Origin: Pecten maximus
Lineage: Eukaryota
Direction: 5' to 3'
NCBI RefSeq assembly: GCF_902652985.1
Contig: NC_047020.1
Location: 30,008,001 to 30,072,000 of the forward strand
Length of the DNA: 64,000 nt
Of this stretch, positions 36,348-48,722 are shown piece by piece. The translations under genes and the position numbers were made by a program. The notes below the pieces were generated by a model. It did not search any database and was not told the DNA's origin. It worked only from the letters and a program-made list of their open reading frames with translations. The stretch's first letter is position 1. The number at the start of each line of letters is the position of its first letter.

Positions 36348-36469
36348 GGCTTAGAGACACTATCTTATGATAGCATAGTGTTAGTTGACCTTAACTTTAG
36401 TATCTAATCACCTTCTTTCAGTACCGATTTACATAGCATTGTGTTTTCATCTTTTCATCTTCTCAATAT

Positions 36470-36750
36470 GTAGTCTCTTATCTTAATACTAGTCTTATTT
36501 AACGATAACTCTATTCTTCCATCTCATCCTTAAATAGATTCTTATCTCAATACTATTCTCAGTTTACCATAACTCTATTCTTCCATCTCATCCTTGATTA
36601 GTCTCTTATCTTAATACTACTCTCAGTTTTCCAAAACTTTATCCTCTCGTCTCTATTCTCTCATTTTATCCTTAATTAATCTTTGATCCTACTATTGATC
36701 TCAGTTTAGTATCACCTATTCTCTCATCTTATCGTTTAGATAGTCTCTAA
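36470..36750. repeat. Degenerate ~64-bp pyrimidine-rich tandem repeat
   Basis: ataactctattcttccatctcatcct at about 36505 and 36569; tagtctcttatcttaatact also recurs. Confidence 0.55.
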
Positions 36751-39589
36751 GTTTTTTTGTTTTTTTTTGATAGTCTCAACTCTAAACTTAACCTCTTCCA
36801 TCAATATAAGTTTCCTGTCATAAGTTGAGTCTCTCATTATAAGATTAGTCTCGTTTTACCTCAATATCGTAGTTTAATAGTATACTGATCTTACACTTAG
36901 CTTGGCTAAGGATAGCTTGGTTTGAAATTTGCGGAGAGTTACTTCCCTTTGTTTCACTTTGTCAGTATATTAGCGATAACTTGACAGCTGACGGGAAAGG
37001 GGGTGCAGAAAAGGTTTAACTAATGGGGTCATCGTCACTACATGTACATCATTGCACGTATTCAAATTCCAAAATTGTTTTAGAAAAACAATACATTTTA
37101 GCCTAATATATGTATGAAGTTTAGGTATGTATGTGAAAAAAGGTAGGTAAAGTCTAGACGAGGAAATGGATATATTATGACCCGTAACACAGGACGAAAC
37201 TGCAATGACCTTGGCACTAAGGAACAGTGAGACACTGTTTAGCAAGTTTGTGTATGTTTTATTTCCCTGTCATGCATGCTGTACATACTTTATTCATAAA
37301 GCAATATGGCCTCGGGAAAAGAAGAGGAAGAGTGTCTCATACCAAAAATGAGAGGGCAATAGCCATGTGAATAGTTTAACAATCGATTTCTGTCCCACAA
37401 TCCTTTTACGTGTAAGTGTATATTTTACGAGAGACATGGTTCTTAAAACTCCAATAATATTAGAGGATTACACGGCGAGAAGCTTATGACTGGCGCCTTG
37501 TAACCTTCAAATCAAAGGTATCATGTTATTGCGTCGTTTTCAGAAATACAGCATTAAATCCAGAGGTTTTTTCATATCTTGATCTCCAGGTATAATTATG
37601 GTCAAATGTCAGACTGAAAGTGCCTGCCCGGTTAATACAAACATAGAATGCAACGCAAAAAAGTGAAGTTTCTTTGTTCTATACATTTGTTGCAATTGAT
37701 ACACACATTCCGTATTTTTAACCTCCACGACCGCAACACATATTAGAGATTTGGTCAAATAATCGGTGACATGATGCTAGCGAGTGTTTCGTGACAAATA
37801 CTAATTGATTTGGTGTGAATTAGTGATGGAATAGTTTAAATGGTATACATAATGCCTAAATTATATTGGTGTCGTGGAATCTTTCCAGTTGAGTCATATA
37901 GGGACCAGTGAATAAAGGTCGGTTGACAGAGATCATTAGCTGGAAGTACATGTAGGTTTTTAAAGACAAACTAACTATAGTTACTTAACATGCATACAGT
38001 TACAGGGACACACGACACTCCCCTATATGGAGACGTATAATCAGATGTAGACTAAGATGAATTAAAGTGACAAGAGAACGGCCCGGACAAGGAAGAAGCG
38101 AGACACAACCCCATGTAAAGTACTGTGACATTACTTCCCATATTTCAACGAGCGCATTAAAATCGATCAGGATACACTTTTTTTTCAAGCTCTAAAGTAG
38201 TCCTAAACTATTATGACTAATTTTGATGTTTGATTATTAACAAGTGTAAAAAAAAATAATCAAGAAAATTTCATAACACTGAATATACATGTATCGACGT
38301 TACGGTAATGTTTCAGTCATTTTTTTTTTTTTTTTTTTGAGTTTTACTTCAAAAGGTGTTTAATGAAAAAATAATAACTCGCTCTATAATATCAACTTTC
38401 CAATTCAGTGTAATTTAAATATTACTTACTTCTCACGAATATTAGACCAAATTTGAAGCACAACCTTCGATATGAAGTCTTGCAGTCTTGAGGTTGAACA
38501 ATAAACAGTTGTATTTTAAGATACGCCATTGTGGAATGCCCTAACGTAATAGGCTAACTTCTCTGTAACAGCGTCCTGCCTACCCTACATCACTGACCAC
38601 GGCTAATGTTCCACCGGTCTTATTCCAACAAACGTGACGTCTGTCCCCCGCTATTTTTAGATATTAGAGACAGGGTTCCATGTTTTATTTAACATCACTC
38701 AGCAGCCAAGTTAATAAAATAAAATTAAACAAAGCATTTCTCGATTAATGCATCTTAGTTTCTTTTGAATTTCCAATAATAAAAATAACACTGTTTATCT
38801 CTGGCCTGAGGATGGAGTGTATCGTTCTCCAAACAAAAAAGGAACACTTTACAGTCATCTAAGACTCAAATCTATGTTCGAAGCTAAACATATATACAAC
38901 TAGGTTCTAGACTATCTTGATTTGCGAGTCTGTTCTATTAGATGTAACAAACCATAAACATGTTCCCTGTGTGTTATTTTAGATATAAGATGACTTACTG
39001 TTATTTGTCTTTTATATTTTTGATATTTTGATTCCTTTTGCAAATTTTCCATCTGTGATTGCATTTCCCTAATCATCTTTAATGTCTGGGCGGGTAATTA
39101 TGATATGAAACTTAATAATAATTTCGAGATTATCAAACGAGACTGTTTGGCATTCCTTGAGTTATAACAAAAATTGTCGATTTCACAAGAGGAATTTGGT
39201 AAAGTGCAAAGTGATGGATTCAGAAATGTTTTCGAACAAATGAGGTCGGCGGCCATAGCCCAACCTTCTTCTAGTGTTGTAGATTTGCCTGAATGTACGT
39301 GACGAAGGTGTTTAATGGTGTGTAAGCCAGTAACTATAAGACATTTGGAACTCAATCTCATAAACCTAGGATCTCTTGCTGTCCACTGTGGGTTCTTTGA
39401 ATGGAAATTACACGTTGACGTTGTCATTATCATTTCTGGGGAGGTTTGGCATTTCCAGCTCTTCAGGAAAAATGGGTTTTACTGTAAGACGCCTTTCTAT
39501 GTTTCCGTAACTTACAGTCGGAAAATGTGGTGCTATACACACTAGGGAAGGTCCAAATATACATAGACTGTGACAAATTATTGGGTCCC

Positions 39590-41978
39590 TGTGATTTTGG
39601 GTACTGAGAGAACAGTTCGAGAGTTGGTGGAATTGTTAGGGTGTTTGAGTATTGAGAGGACTGTTCGAGTGTTGAGAGAATTGTTAGGTTGTTTGGGTAT
39701 TGAGTGGACTGTTCGAGCGTTGATGGAATGGTTAGGGTGTTTGGGTACGAAGAGGATTGTTCGAGTGTTGAGGAACCTGTAAGTGTGTTTGGGTATTAAG
39801 TGCACAGTTAAAATGTTGAGGGAGCTGTTAGGGTGTTTGGGTATTGAGAGGCTGTTCGAATATTGAGGGAACTGTTAGGATGTTTGGGTATTGCGAGGAC
39901 TGTTCGAGTATTGATGGACTTGTTAGGGTGTTTGGGTATTGCGAGGACTGTTCGAGTGTTTGATGGAATTGTTAGGGTGTTTTGGGTATTGCGAGGACTG
40001 TTCGAGTATTGATGGAATTGTTAGGGTGTTTGGGTATTGTGAGGACTGTTCGAGTGTTTGATGGAATTGGTAGGGTGTTTTGGGTATTGCGAGGACTGTT
40101 CGAGTGTTTGATGGAATTGTTAGGGTGTTTTGGGTATTGTGAGGACTGTTCGAGTATTGATGGAATTGTTTGGGTGTTTGGGTATTGCGAGGACTGTTCG
40201 AGTATTGATGGAATTGTTTGGGTGTTTTGGGTATTGCGAGGACTGTTCGAGTATTGATGGAATTGTTTGGGTGTTTGGGTATTGTGAGGACTGTTCGAGT
40301 ATTGATGGAATTGTTAGGGTGTTTGGGTATTGAGAGGCTGTTCGAGTGTTGATGGAATTGTTTGGGTGTTTGGGTATTGCGAGGACTGTTCGAGTATTGA
40401 TGGAATTGTTTGGGTGTTTGGGTATTGCGAGGACTGTTCGAGTGTTGATGGAATTGTTAAGGTGTTTGGGTATTGAGAGGCTGTTCGAGTATTGATGGAA
40501 TTGTTTGGGTGTTTGGGTATTGTGAGGACTGTTCGAGTGTTGATGGAATTGTTTGGGTGTTTGGGTATCGTGAGGACTGTTCGAGTGTTGATGGAATTGT
40601 TTGGGTGTTTGGGTATTGAGAGGCTGTTCGAGTATTGATGGAATTGTTAAGGTGTTTGGGTATTGAGAGGCTGTTCGAGTGTGGAGGGAATTGTTAGGGT
40701 GTTTGGGTATTGCGAGGACTGTTCGAGTATTGATGGAATTTTTTGGGTGTTTGGGTATTGCGAGGACTGTTCGAGTATTGATGGAATTGTTAGGGGTTCT
40801 GGGTATTGCGAGGACTGTTCGAGTATTGATGGAATTGTTAAGGTGTTTGGGTATTGCGAGGATTGTTCGAGAGTTGATGGAATTGTTTGGGTGTTTGGGT
40901 ATTGAGAGGCTGTTCGAGTGTTGATGGAATTGTTAGGGTGTTTGGGTATTGAGAGGCTGTTCGAGTGTTGATGGAATTGTTTGGGTGTTTGGGTATTGCG
41001 AGGACTGTTCGAGTATTGATGGAATTGTTTGGGTGTTTGGGTATTGTGAGGACTGTTCGAGTGTTGATGGAATTGTTTGGGTGTTTGGGTATTGCGAGGA
41101 CTGTTCGAGTGTTGATGGAATTGTTAAGGTGTTTGGGTATTGCGAGGACTGTTCGAGTGTTGATGGAATTGTTAAGGTGTTTGGGTATTGAGAGGCTGTT
41201 CGAGTATTGATGGAATTGTTTGGGTGTTTGGGTATTGTGAGGACTGTTCGAGTGTTGATGGAATTGTTTGGGTGTTTGGGTATCGTGAGGACTGTTCGAG
41301 TGTTGATGGAATTGTTTGGGTGTTTGGGTATTGAGAGGCTGTTCGAGTATTGATGGAATTGTTAAGGTGTTTGGGTATTGAGAGGCTGTTCGAGTGTGGA
41401 GGGAATTGTTAGGGTGTTTGGGTATTGCGAGGACTGTTCGAGTATTGATGGAATTTTTTGGGTGTTTGGGTATTGCGAGGACTGTTCGAGTATTGATGGA
41501 ATTGTTAGGGGTTCTGGGTATTGCGAGGACTGTTCGAGTATTGATGGAATTGTTAAGGTGTTTGGGTATTGCGAGGATTGTTCGAGAGTTGATGGAATTG
41601 TTTGGGTGTTTGGGTATTGAGAGGCTGTTCGAGTGTTGATGGAATTGTTAGGGTGTTTGGGTATTGAGAGGCTGTTCGAGTGTTGATGGAATTGTTTGGG
41701 TGTTTGGGTATTGAGAGGCTGTTCGAGTGTTGATGGAATTGTTTGGGTGTTTTGGTATTGCGAGGACTGTTCGAGTATTGATGGAATTGTTTGGGTGTTT
41801 GGGTATTGTGAGGACTGTTCGAGTGTTGATGGAATTGTTTGGGTGTTTGGGTATTGAGAGGCTGTTCGAGTGTTGATGGAATTGTTTGGGTGTTTGGGTA
41901 TTGCGAGGACTGTTCTAGTGTTGATGGAATTGTTTGGGTGTTTGGGTATTAAGTGCACAGTTTGAATGTTGAGGGAAT
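39590..41978. repeat. 47-48-bp GT-rich minisatellite (~50 copies), left part
   Basis: Unit gggtattgcgaggactgttcgagtattgatggaattgttagggtgttt; contains a 715-bp higher-order duplication. Confidence 0.95.
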
Positions 41979-41993
41979 AATAATAATAATAAT

Positions 41994-43247
41994 GGTCTTT
42001 ATCATATGACTACCGTTATATACGGTGTCATAAACCCATCACATAAATTTTCTTTATGACACTAGTGTAATAACACCTTTCGCTACGCTGATTGGCTGGT
42101 TCCGTGAGAACTGTATTCATACGCGTGGGAACAACCTACTTCTTTTTACTACGACTCGTAAAAATGGCGACTAGTGCTTGTAAACTTTGAAAAAAAATCA
42201 ACTGAACGACAAATTGGTCTATTAACATAACATATTGTACAATCAAAGATAAAATCCAAGATGTAAACATCCTAAGTTTTTTAATTATATTTATACTATA
42301 AGATGTTAAATTAGGCCTGGCAAACATCTATTTTATGACCCCTAGTCTAGTAACATATTTCAACTCCGATAGAAAATTGCGGTTGCGTTGTCCGATGAGA
42401 CATATCTAGTCTAGATTCTTTTCAAATAAACAAATAATAACATTATTTAATAAAATCCTCATGAAAAACGGCAATGTAGTTTGTTACAACTTGCCTTCAA
42501 CGGTTACTCAGAATAACATGCTGACACTGTCGTCGACAAACACGTGTAATGTCAAAACAAACAACACTGCCAACAAATCGGCATCCAAAGTCGCTTTTCA
42601 CGGCAGTCTGAACACAATGTTCAGTGGGAATATTCACGGTGGAACATTTCACATCTCCATAAACTCCCGCGAGGACGAGGATAAACACAAAGCAGTGAAA
42701 AGGCGCCGTACAATGGTTCTGTACGACAGCGACAGCGAATAGACATTTGTACAACGAAGCCTCCATTATCGCGCCAAGTGACATCACGGCTTCGTCACAT
42801 CAAAAACAGTCGCTCATGAACTTTCAAACTAAAATATTTTCCTCATTGCTTCAAACACCAAGGACAATTTATCTATTATAGATTAAATGAAAAAAATGCT
42901 GAAATTTTGTTTTGAGACGTGTATTTAATAAAATGAATCCTTTTCAAGAGTCAGTTGTGTTAGAACTATTTCTTCTCTCGTCGGTATAATTGACCTACTT
43001 CGAAGGTTCGGGTGATTTGGTTGAGATGTGACGATTCAAGGCAAAAGAGAAAATCAGTTTTTCATGGGGAACGATGAAAGAAAACGTCATATGATAAAAA
43101 GAATCTGTCATTCGTTTCCCTTCATATTAGATTTATGATACTCGTTTAGAATTTTTTATTTTTGCTCGCCAGAGGCTCGCAAAAATAAAAAATTCAAAAC
43201 TCGTATCATAAATCTAATATGAAGGGAAACTCATGACAGATCCTCTA
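41994..43247 (+). mobile_element. Non-autonomous element with a 139-bp terminal hairpin, probably Crypton-like
   Basis: IR tctttatcatatgac (41996-42010) versus gtcatatgataaaaaga (43086-43102). Long palindrome at 43103-43241 followed by cctcta. Internal ORF remnant 42461-42742 ends FSGNIHGGTFHISIN..KRRRTMVLYDSDSE, which from memory resembles C-termini of DUF3504/Crypton-type proteins. Confidence 0.55.
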
Positions 43248-45693
43248 TTTATTTATTCTTTATAACATGTTGAGCTTAAAAGCTCGTCTTACACATGGTC
43301 AAGATAAGTAATAAAATATACAATAATTACAACGTATAAAAGAATAATACTATAACACATGATATAAAATACAACATAATTTTGGAGCTGTCATTAAATG
43401 TAAAGGATAAAAGTACAACTACGGCAAGATTACAGATTACTCCATAAAAAAGTTCTTTGCTGCTTTCTTAAAAGATGAAAGTGTTGAACAGTTTCCTCAC
43501 ATTACTTGGTAAAAGATTCCATGTATGAGCTCCTTGATATTTAAAAGACTTTTTGAAAGTATTTGTATGGTGAGATGGTAAGTAAAAAACATTTGTGGTT
43601 GAGAATCTGGTAGACCTACCATGGACATCATATATGCTAGTAAAACAATTTAAGTTTTGTGGAGCTAGATCATTAAGTATCTTGTACATAAAAAACAGAC
43701 TGACTATATAAAATCCTTTTCCTAAAAGGCAGTCATCTTAGTAATTTAAACATGTCATTAGTAGGAGTTAAAAAGTCACAATTTAAAATAATTCTGGCTG
43801 CTCTCTTCTGAAGACGCTCCAACTTAACAATATTCTTTTTTGAACTGTTGCCCCAGACAGTAGCACAGTAGTCAATATGAGGATTGATAAAACAGTTAAA
43901 AAACGTAATACAGGAAGTCTGGCTTAAAAATGGTCTTATCTTTTTCATTTGAAAACTGGTAATCCCAGGACATACAATCATCAACTGATACTCCTAATAG
44001 CTTTCCGTGTTTTACATTTTCTATATTTACATTGTTGATGACAACAGATAGTTCACCTTTTAATTTACATTTCCTCTGTGAGGTAGACACAAGCATAGCT
44101 TTGGTTTTGTCAGTATTAATACACATTTTGTTAACATCACACCATGATGAAACTGACTTGGCATCCTCATTGAGGTTTTTATTTACATCATCAATAGATT
44201 TCGCATGGGTCTGAGCTGCAGTGTCATCTGCATACATATACATATCACTCTGATTAGTAACAACAGGGAGATCGTTTACATACAAAATAAACAACAAAGG
44301 CCCCAATATTGATCCCTGAGGGACTCCAACTGAAAGGGGGAGAGAATCACTAAGTGTATTCTTAAAATTTAGAACTTGAAATCTCCCGCTCAAATAACTA
44401 TTTAAAAAATGCACTGTTCTGGATGAACATCCAAACAATTCAAGTTTTGAAAGCAAAATTTGATGATTAACAAGATCAAAGGCCTTACGGAAATCCAAAA
44501 ATAGAACACCAGTTAGCTTTCCTTTATCTATTGCATCAAACCAAGAATTTGTAATGTTGGTAAGTGCAGACTGACATGAATGTTTAGGTCTGAAACCAGA
44601 CTGGCTATCTGTAATCAAATTGTTTATAGTCAAAAACTTATAAAAATGAACCTGTATGTGTTTTTCTAAACACTTGGATAAAACAGGTAATATCGAGATT
44701 GGTCTGTAATTAGACAACAATTCTTTTTTACCCTTTTTAAAAAGAGGGCATACTTTTGCATAATTCCAGTTTTGAGGGAAACAACTTGTATCAATACACA
44801 CATTAAGCAGTTTACAGACAACTGGAGCAATAGCCTTAGCACAGTATTTCAGAAATTTTGCGCTAATATTATCAAGCCCAGTGGCTTTGTTGACATCTAA
44901 GTTTAATAAAAACTTTTCAGTAAAAGGAATGTCAACTTTTGGTATGTCAAAAACGTTACCTTCCAATTTGCTTTCTGTGAATAATTTAAGCTTTAAAAAC
45001 AAACCTGAAGATTCATTATCACCAACTTCTCTTACATATTGGCTTGCTATATTGGTAAAATACTTGTTAAAACAATTTCCTATTTCATTTTCATCAGTAA
45101 TATCATTGCCATCTAGATCTTTTATAAAACCTGGCACACTAGAAGACTTTTTTGGACATAACTTCTTATAATTATTCCAGTAGGTTTTGGAATCTTTGCA
45201 CTGATCTAAAACGGAAGTGAAACATTTGATTTTGCAGATCTTATCATGGCTGACACTTTATTTCTCCACTTACGATAAAGATCAAGATGGCCCTCATGTT
45301 TATGTTTGTTTCTAATTTGAATACTTACAGTAATATCATCATGCCACCATTCTGGAATTTTCCGATAACGTACTCTTTTTTCTTTAAGAGGTGCATGTTT
45401 ATCTACAACATCTTTAAACAAAGATTGAAAAGTTTGTAGCATGTCATTTACATCATCAAAAACATCTTAACATGACCATGGTACATTTTCAATATCAGAG
45501 ATGAAAGTATCTGTATTAAATTTTTTCATATATCTATAATGAATAGAGTATGTGGCGTTTTCTACTTTCTCAGTGTTACATCTTACAGCACATACTGGAA
45601 AATGGTCGGAACTTCAGTATGTAATATTTTTTCTGACTTGATAGTCCATATATGGTCAATACTAGTTCCACTATCACTCTGAACTCTTGTAGG
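43248..45693 (-). mobile_element. 5'-truncated, frameshifted CR1/L2-group LINE (Crack/Daphne-like), APE-RT ORF2
   Basis: RT motifs NYRPISILPVLSK, QSGFRPKHS, FLDFRKAFDLV, GVPQGSILGPLLF, YADD (43896-45137). Endonuclease tail PTRV..TSIDHIW (~45640-45693). Post-RT IDYCATVWGN..LQKRAARII and SFKYQGAHTWN.LP lie in other frames. AATAAATAAATA at the 3' end. Confidence 0.93.
43896..45137 (-). pseudogene. Reverse transcriptase domain of the LINE (largest open fragment, 413 aa)
   Basis: Contains PQG and YADD. Bounded by frameshifts to the fragments at 45206-45442, 43733-43984 and 43468-43689. Confidence 0.9.
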
Positions 45694-45694
45694 G

Positions 45695-46155
45695 TTAGGG
45701 TGTTTGGGTATTAAGTGCACAGTTTGAATGTTGAGGGAATTGTTAGGATGTTTGGGTACTGATAGGACAGTTCGAGTGTTCATGGAACTGTTAGGGTGTT
45801 TGTGTATTGAGTGCACAGTTTGAATGTTGGGGGACCTGTTAGGGTGTTTGGGTATTGTGTGGACTGACCGAATACTGAGGGAACTGTTAGGGTGTTTGGG
45901 TATTGTGTGGACTGACCGAATGCTGAGGGAACTGTTAGGGTGTTTGGGTACTGAGAGGCTGTTCGAATGTTGAGGGACCTGTTAGGGTGTTTGGGTACTG
46001 AGAGGCTGTTCGAATGTTGAGGGAACTGTTAGGGTGTTTGGGTATTGTGTGGACTGTTCGATTGTTGAGGGAACTGTTAGGGTGTTTGGGTATTGTGTGG
46101 ACTGTTCGATTGTTGAGGGAACTGTTAGAGTATTCGGGTATTGAGTGGTCTGTTT
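45695..46155. repeat. Right part of the 48-bp minisatellite (~10 diverged copies)
   Basis: Same unit family (tgttagggtgtttgggtattg..ggactgttcga..gttgagggaac) as 39590-41978. Confidence 0.9.
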
Positions 46156-48552
46156 GGGCAGTGAGTAATCCCTTTGGGTACTAAGTGGAATGTTTAGGAA
46201 AATTCCAACATGTTGAAGATTACTCATCTGCAAAAACAAAGCATGTTAAACCTGATAGTATACGAAATACATGTTCCCAGAGAAACAATTATAAACTGAT
46301 ATGTGTACATGTATCCAATGTATAATTTGTATACAATTTAGGAGTACGGGTAAACTCGACACTATTATTACGATTGGTAACTCAACTCCTTTTCCATTAC
46401 ACCACGGTGGATGTACTAATGAATGCTGACGTACTGCCTAAAATAATTTACAAATGTGTGCCTCGCATGATTGCAAACAAAGGTAAAGTACATACGCACC
46501 CTCCGATACAGCGGTATCATTAAACACATGTCGGCTTTATCGGTAGAGAGGATTTTAATTAGAATATCATCCGATGGCTGATCTATGCCGGGAACCTGCC
46601 GTTATTCGTCAATCTGTCGTTAAGTGATGAAGATGTTTTTGACCCAGTGACATGTTGTTGATTGCAAGTTTCTACATAACTCGTTGCTTTATCTCCTAAA
46701 GGTGCACGGGCCAGGGTTTTTTTTCTGGCCCTATGGACAAGCTTAAGCGAACCAAGACCACGTAAGACACTCTTTACTTTCAGGAATGAAAAGTTTTACA
46801 AAATGCTGTTGATACACGAATCTATAAACTGACATGTCTTGTTATTTGTTTTCAATTTGATATTACAAACCAGTGACCTGTTTCAGTAGTTTCTGGTATC
46901 TGCTATTCATGATCATAGTACGTTTTACGCTTTCAGTGAACGCGAACAATTTACCGACTGATCCATTTTTTTTTTTATTTATTATCTCTTACGAAACAAA
47001 AAAAAAAAGGTTCACATTCTTATTTACAAAGTTTCTGTTCACAGTAACAACATTAAAGCTTAAGAGTGACACATTTTTATTTTAACTGGACACAACATCA
47101 ATTTGCGAAACACGTAAGCTAAACCCCGCCCACTTTCTCCGTTGGTTTGTTACACTGACTGATTTTCGGCAGTCCGTCAATATTTACACAAATTCGTATC
47201 AGACGAACTAGGTCACGTTCTACATGAAATCATCGAGAAATAAATGGACTTGACACTCATCGATATAGAAACAATGGTCAATTGTAAATATATCATTTCA
47301 CATGCCTATATAGCTATTCACCACCTCGCCAAAATTAACCATCGCTAAAATAACCCAGTATGTGCACTTGTTCATGGTTAGGATGAATGAAAAAAGAGGC
47401 GTGTTCCTAAGCAATGCTAATTAGTTCCGGAATGGACGGAGAAGCATTGATGACGGTGGCAAAACCACCTTTACAACCCCCACCCCGGGATTTGAAACGG
47501 TTTAGGCGTTAAAAAAACTGCCCGCGTCGCATACGGCAATATTGCTATTAACCTTTCCAATCGAGACACGTGTATGCGTTACACGTTATCAGATGACTTT
47601 TGGGGTTTAATAATGCTCAGCTTTGATTCCAGTACAGAACTGGACTATGGTGTATGGATCTGCGGGTTGTATTACATGTACATGTAGTTCGTATTACACG
47701 GAACATGACAAAAAATGTACATTAACTAGTACTGACGAGAGACTGGTAATACAGGACTGATTCGAAAAGCAATAATGAAAAAAATCGCTGATTTCATAGG
47801 ATATTAAATCATTGATTAACTACCAGTAAGAGTACAAATCTTTGTTTTACCACCTCGAAGTACATGTTCAATTGCACATTACTGGTAGCCGATTTCCGCC
47901 GTTGAGGTTGCGGGTAAAAAATAAATTCTGTGATTGTCTACCTAAATCCCTTAACATCTGTGGAAAGGTTATTGCTAGAATGACAAAATGTGCGTGGACC
48001 CAAATGGATATTCCACTCACTTTTAACGTCTTGAATTTTCGATCACTTTCAAAGTAAATATTCTATCATTCGATATACATGTCTGCTATTCTTTGTGGTT
48101 GGTAATTTTTATGTTAATGACGGTAGCGACTAAACAACAACTGTTTTGAATACATAATGACAAAATTAGATGATCTGACCACACGGGAACCTTGTACGAT
48201 GTTTACTTGCCGAAATATACGCAATTTAATTCCAATCCAAACCGCTACACAGCTTCAGGTCGCCATCTTTGCTCAAATCGAAGCATCTGGGCGTTTGAAA
48301 GAGTCAGTACTTCAAAGCTTCTAAACGATCTTGTGATGCAAATTTTAAGATTATAATAGAAACGAAATGTGAATTTTATAATAATTTGATTTCAATTAGA
48401 TCTACTTATGCTTTAAGTTAGCATATCGTAGCAATTATTTACGATGAAACTTTAATGTTGCACTAAATACTGATCACAATATTTTCATTTAGGCATTTTT
48501 TTTTATTTCTTCAATTTCATTTCTTTCAAGAGTTGATTTAGATTTCCCAATA

Positions 48553-48722
48553 AATTCGCGGGAAATGAATTTGATGACGTAACCGGAAGTCCACATGCTA
48601 TTAGAATGTGACCCGGAAAACATGCATGACGATAATAAAAACAGAAGATCATTGAACATTATACCGGATTATTTTCGCATTTTTTGAGACACCAATGTGC
48701 TAAAATACAACGGAAGGTAACA
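48553..48722 (+). promoter_or_regulatory. Candidate housekeeping-type promoter / first non-coding exon
   Basis: Tight cluster of TTCGCGGGAAA (E2F-like, 48555-48565), TGACGTAA (CRE-like, 48575-48582) and CCGGAAGT (ETS, 48583-48590), a second CCGGAA, and AAG|GTAACA at ~48717. No downstream coding exon identified. Confidence 0.35.

Noticed and set aside
39098-39433. 111-aa ORF with ICSK(T/H)F reminiscent of a THAP motif
   Set aside because: Needs a frameshift and the other THAP residues are not identifiable; insufficient evidence.
39570-41958. Many ORFs with GYCEDCSS / LGIARTVRV repeats
   Set aside because: Products of the 47-48-bp minisatellite, with frequent frameshifts.
47731-47770. CTGACGA...CGAAA hammerhead-like core (also ctgatgagc..gcgaag at ~2380)
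   Set aside because: Stems II/III and the cleavage triplet cannot be formed convincingly.
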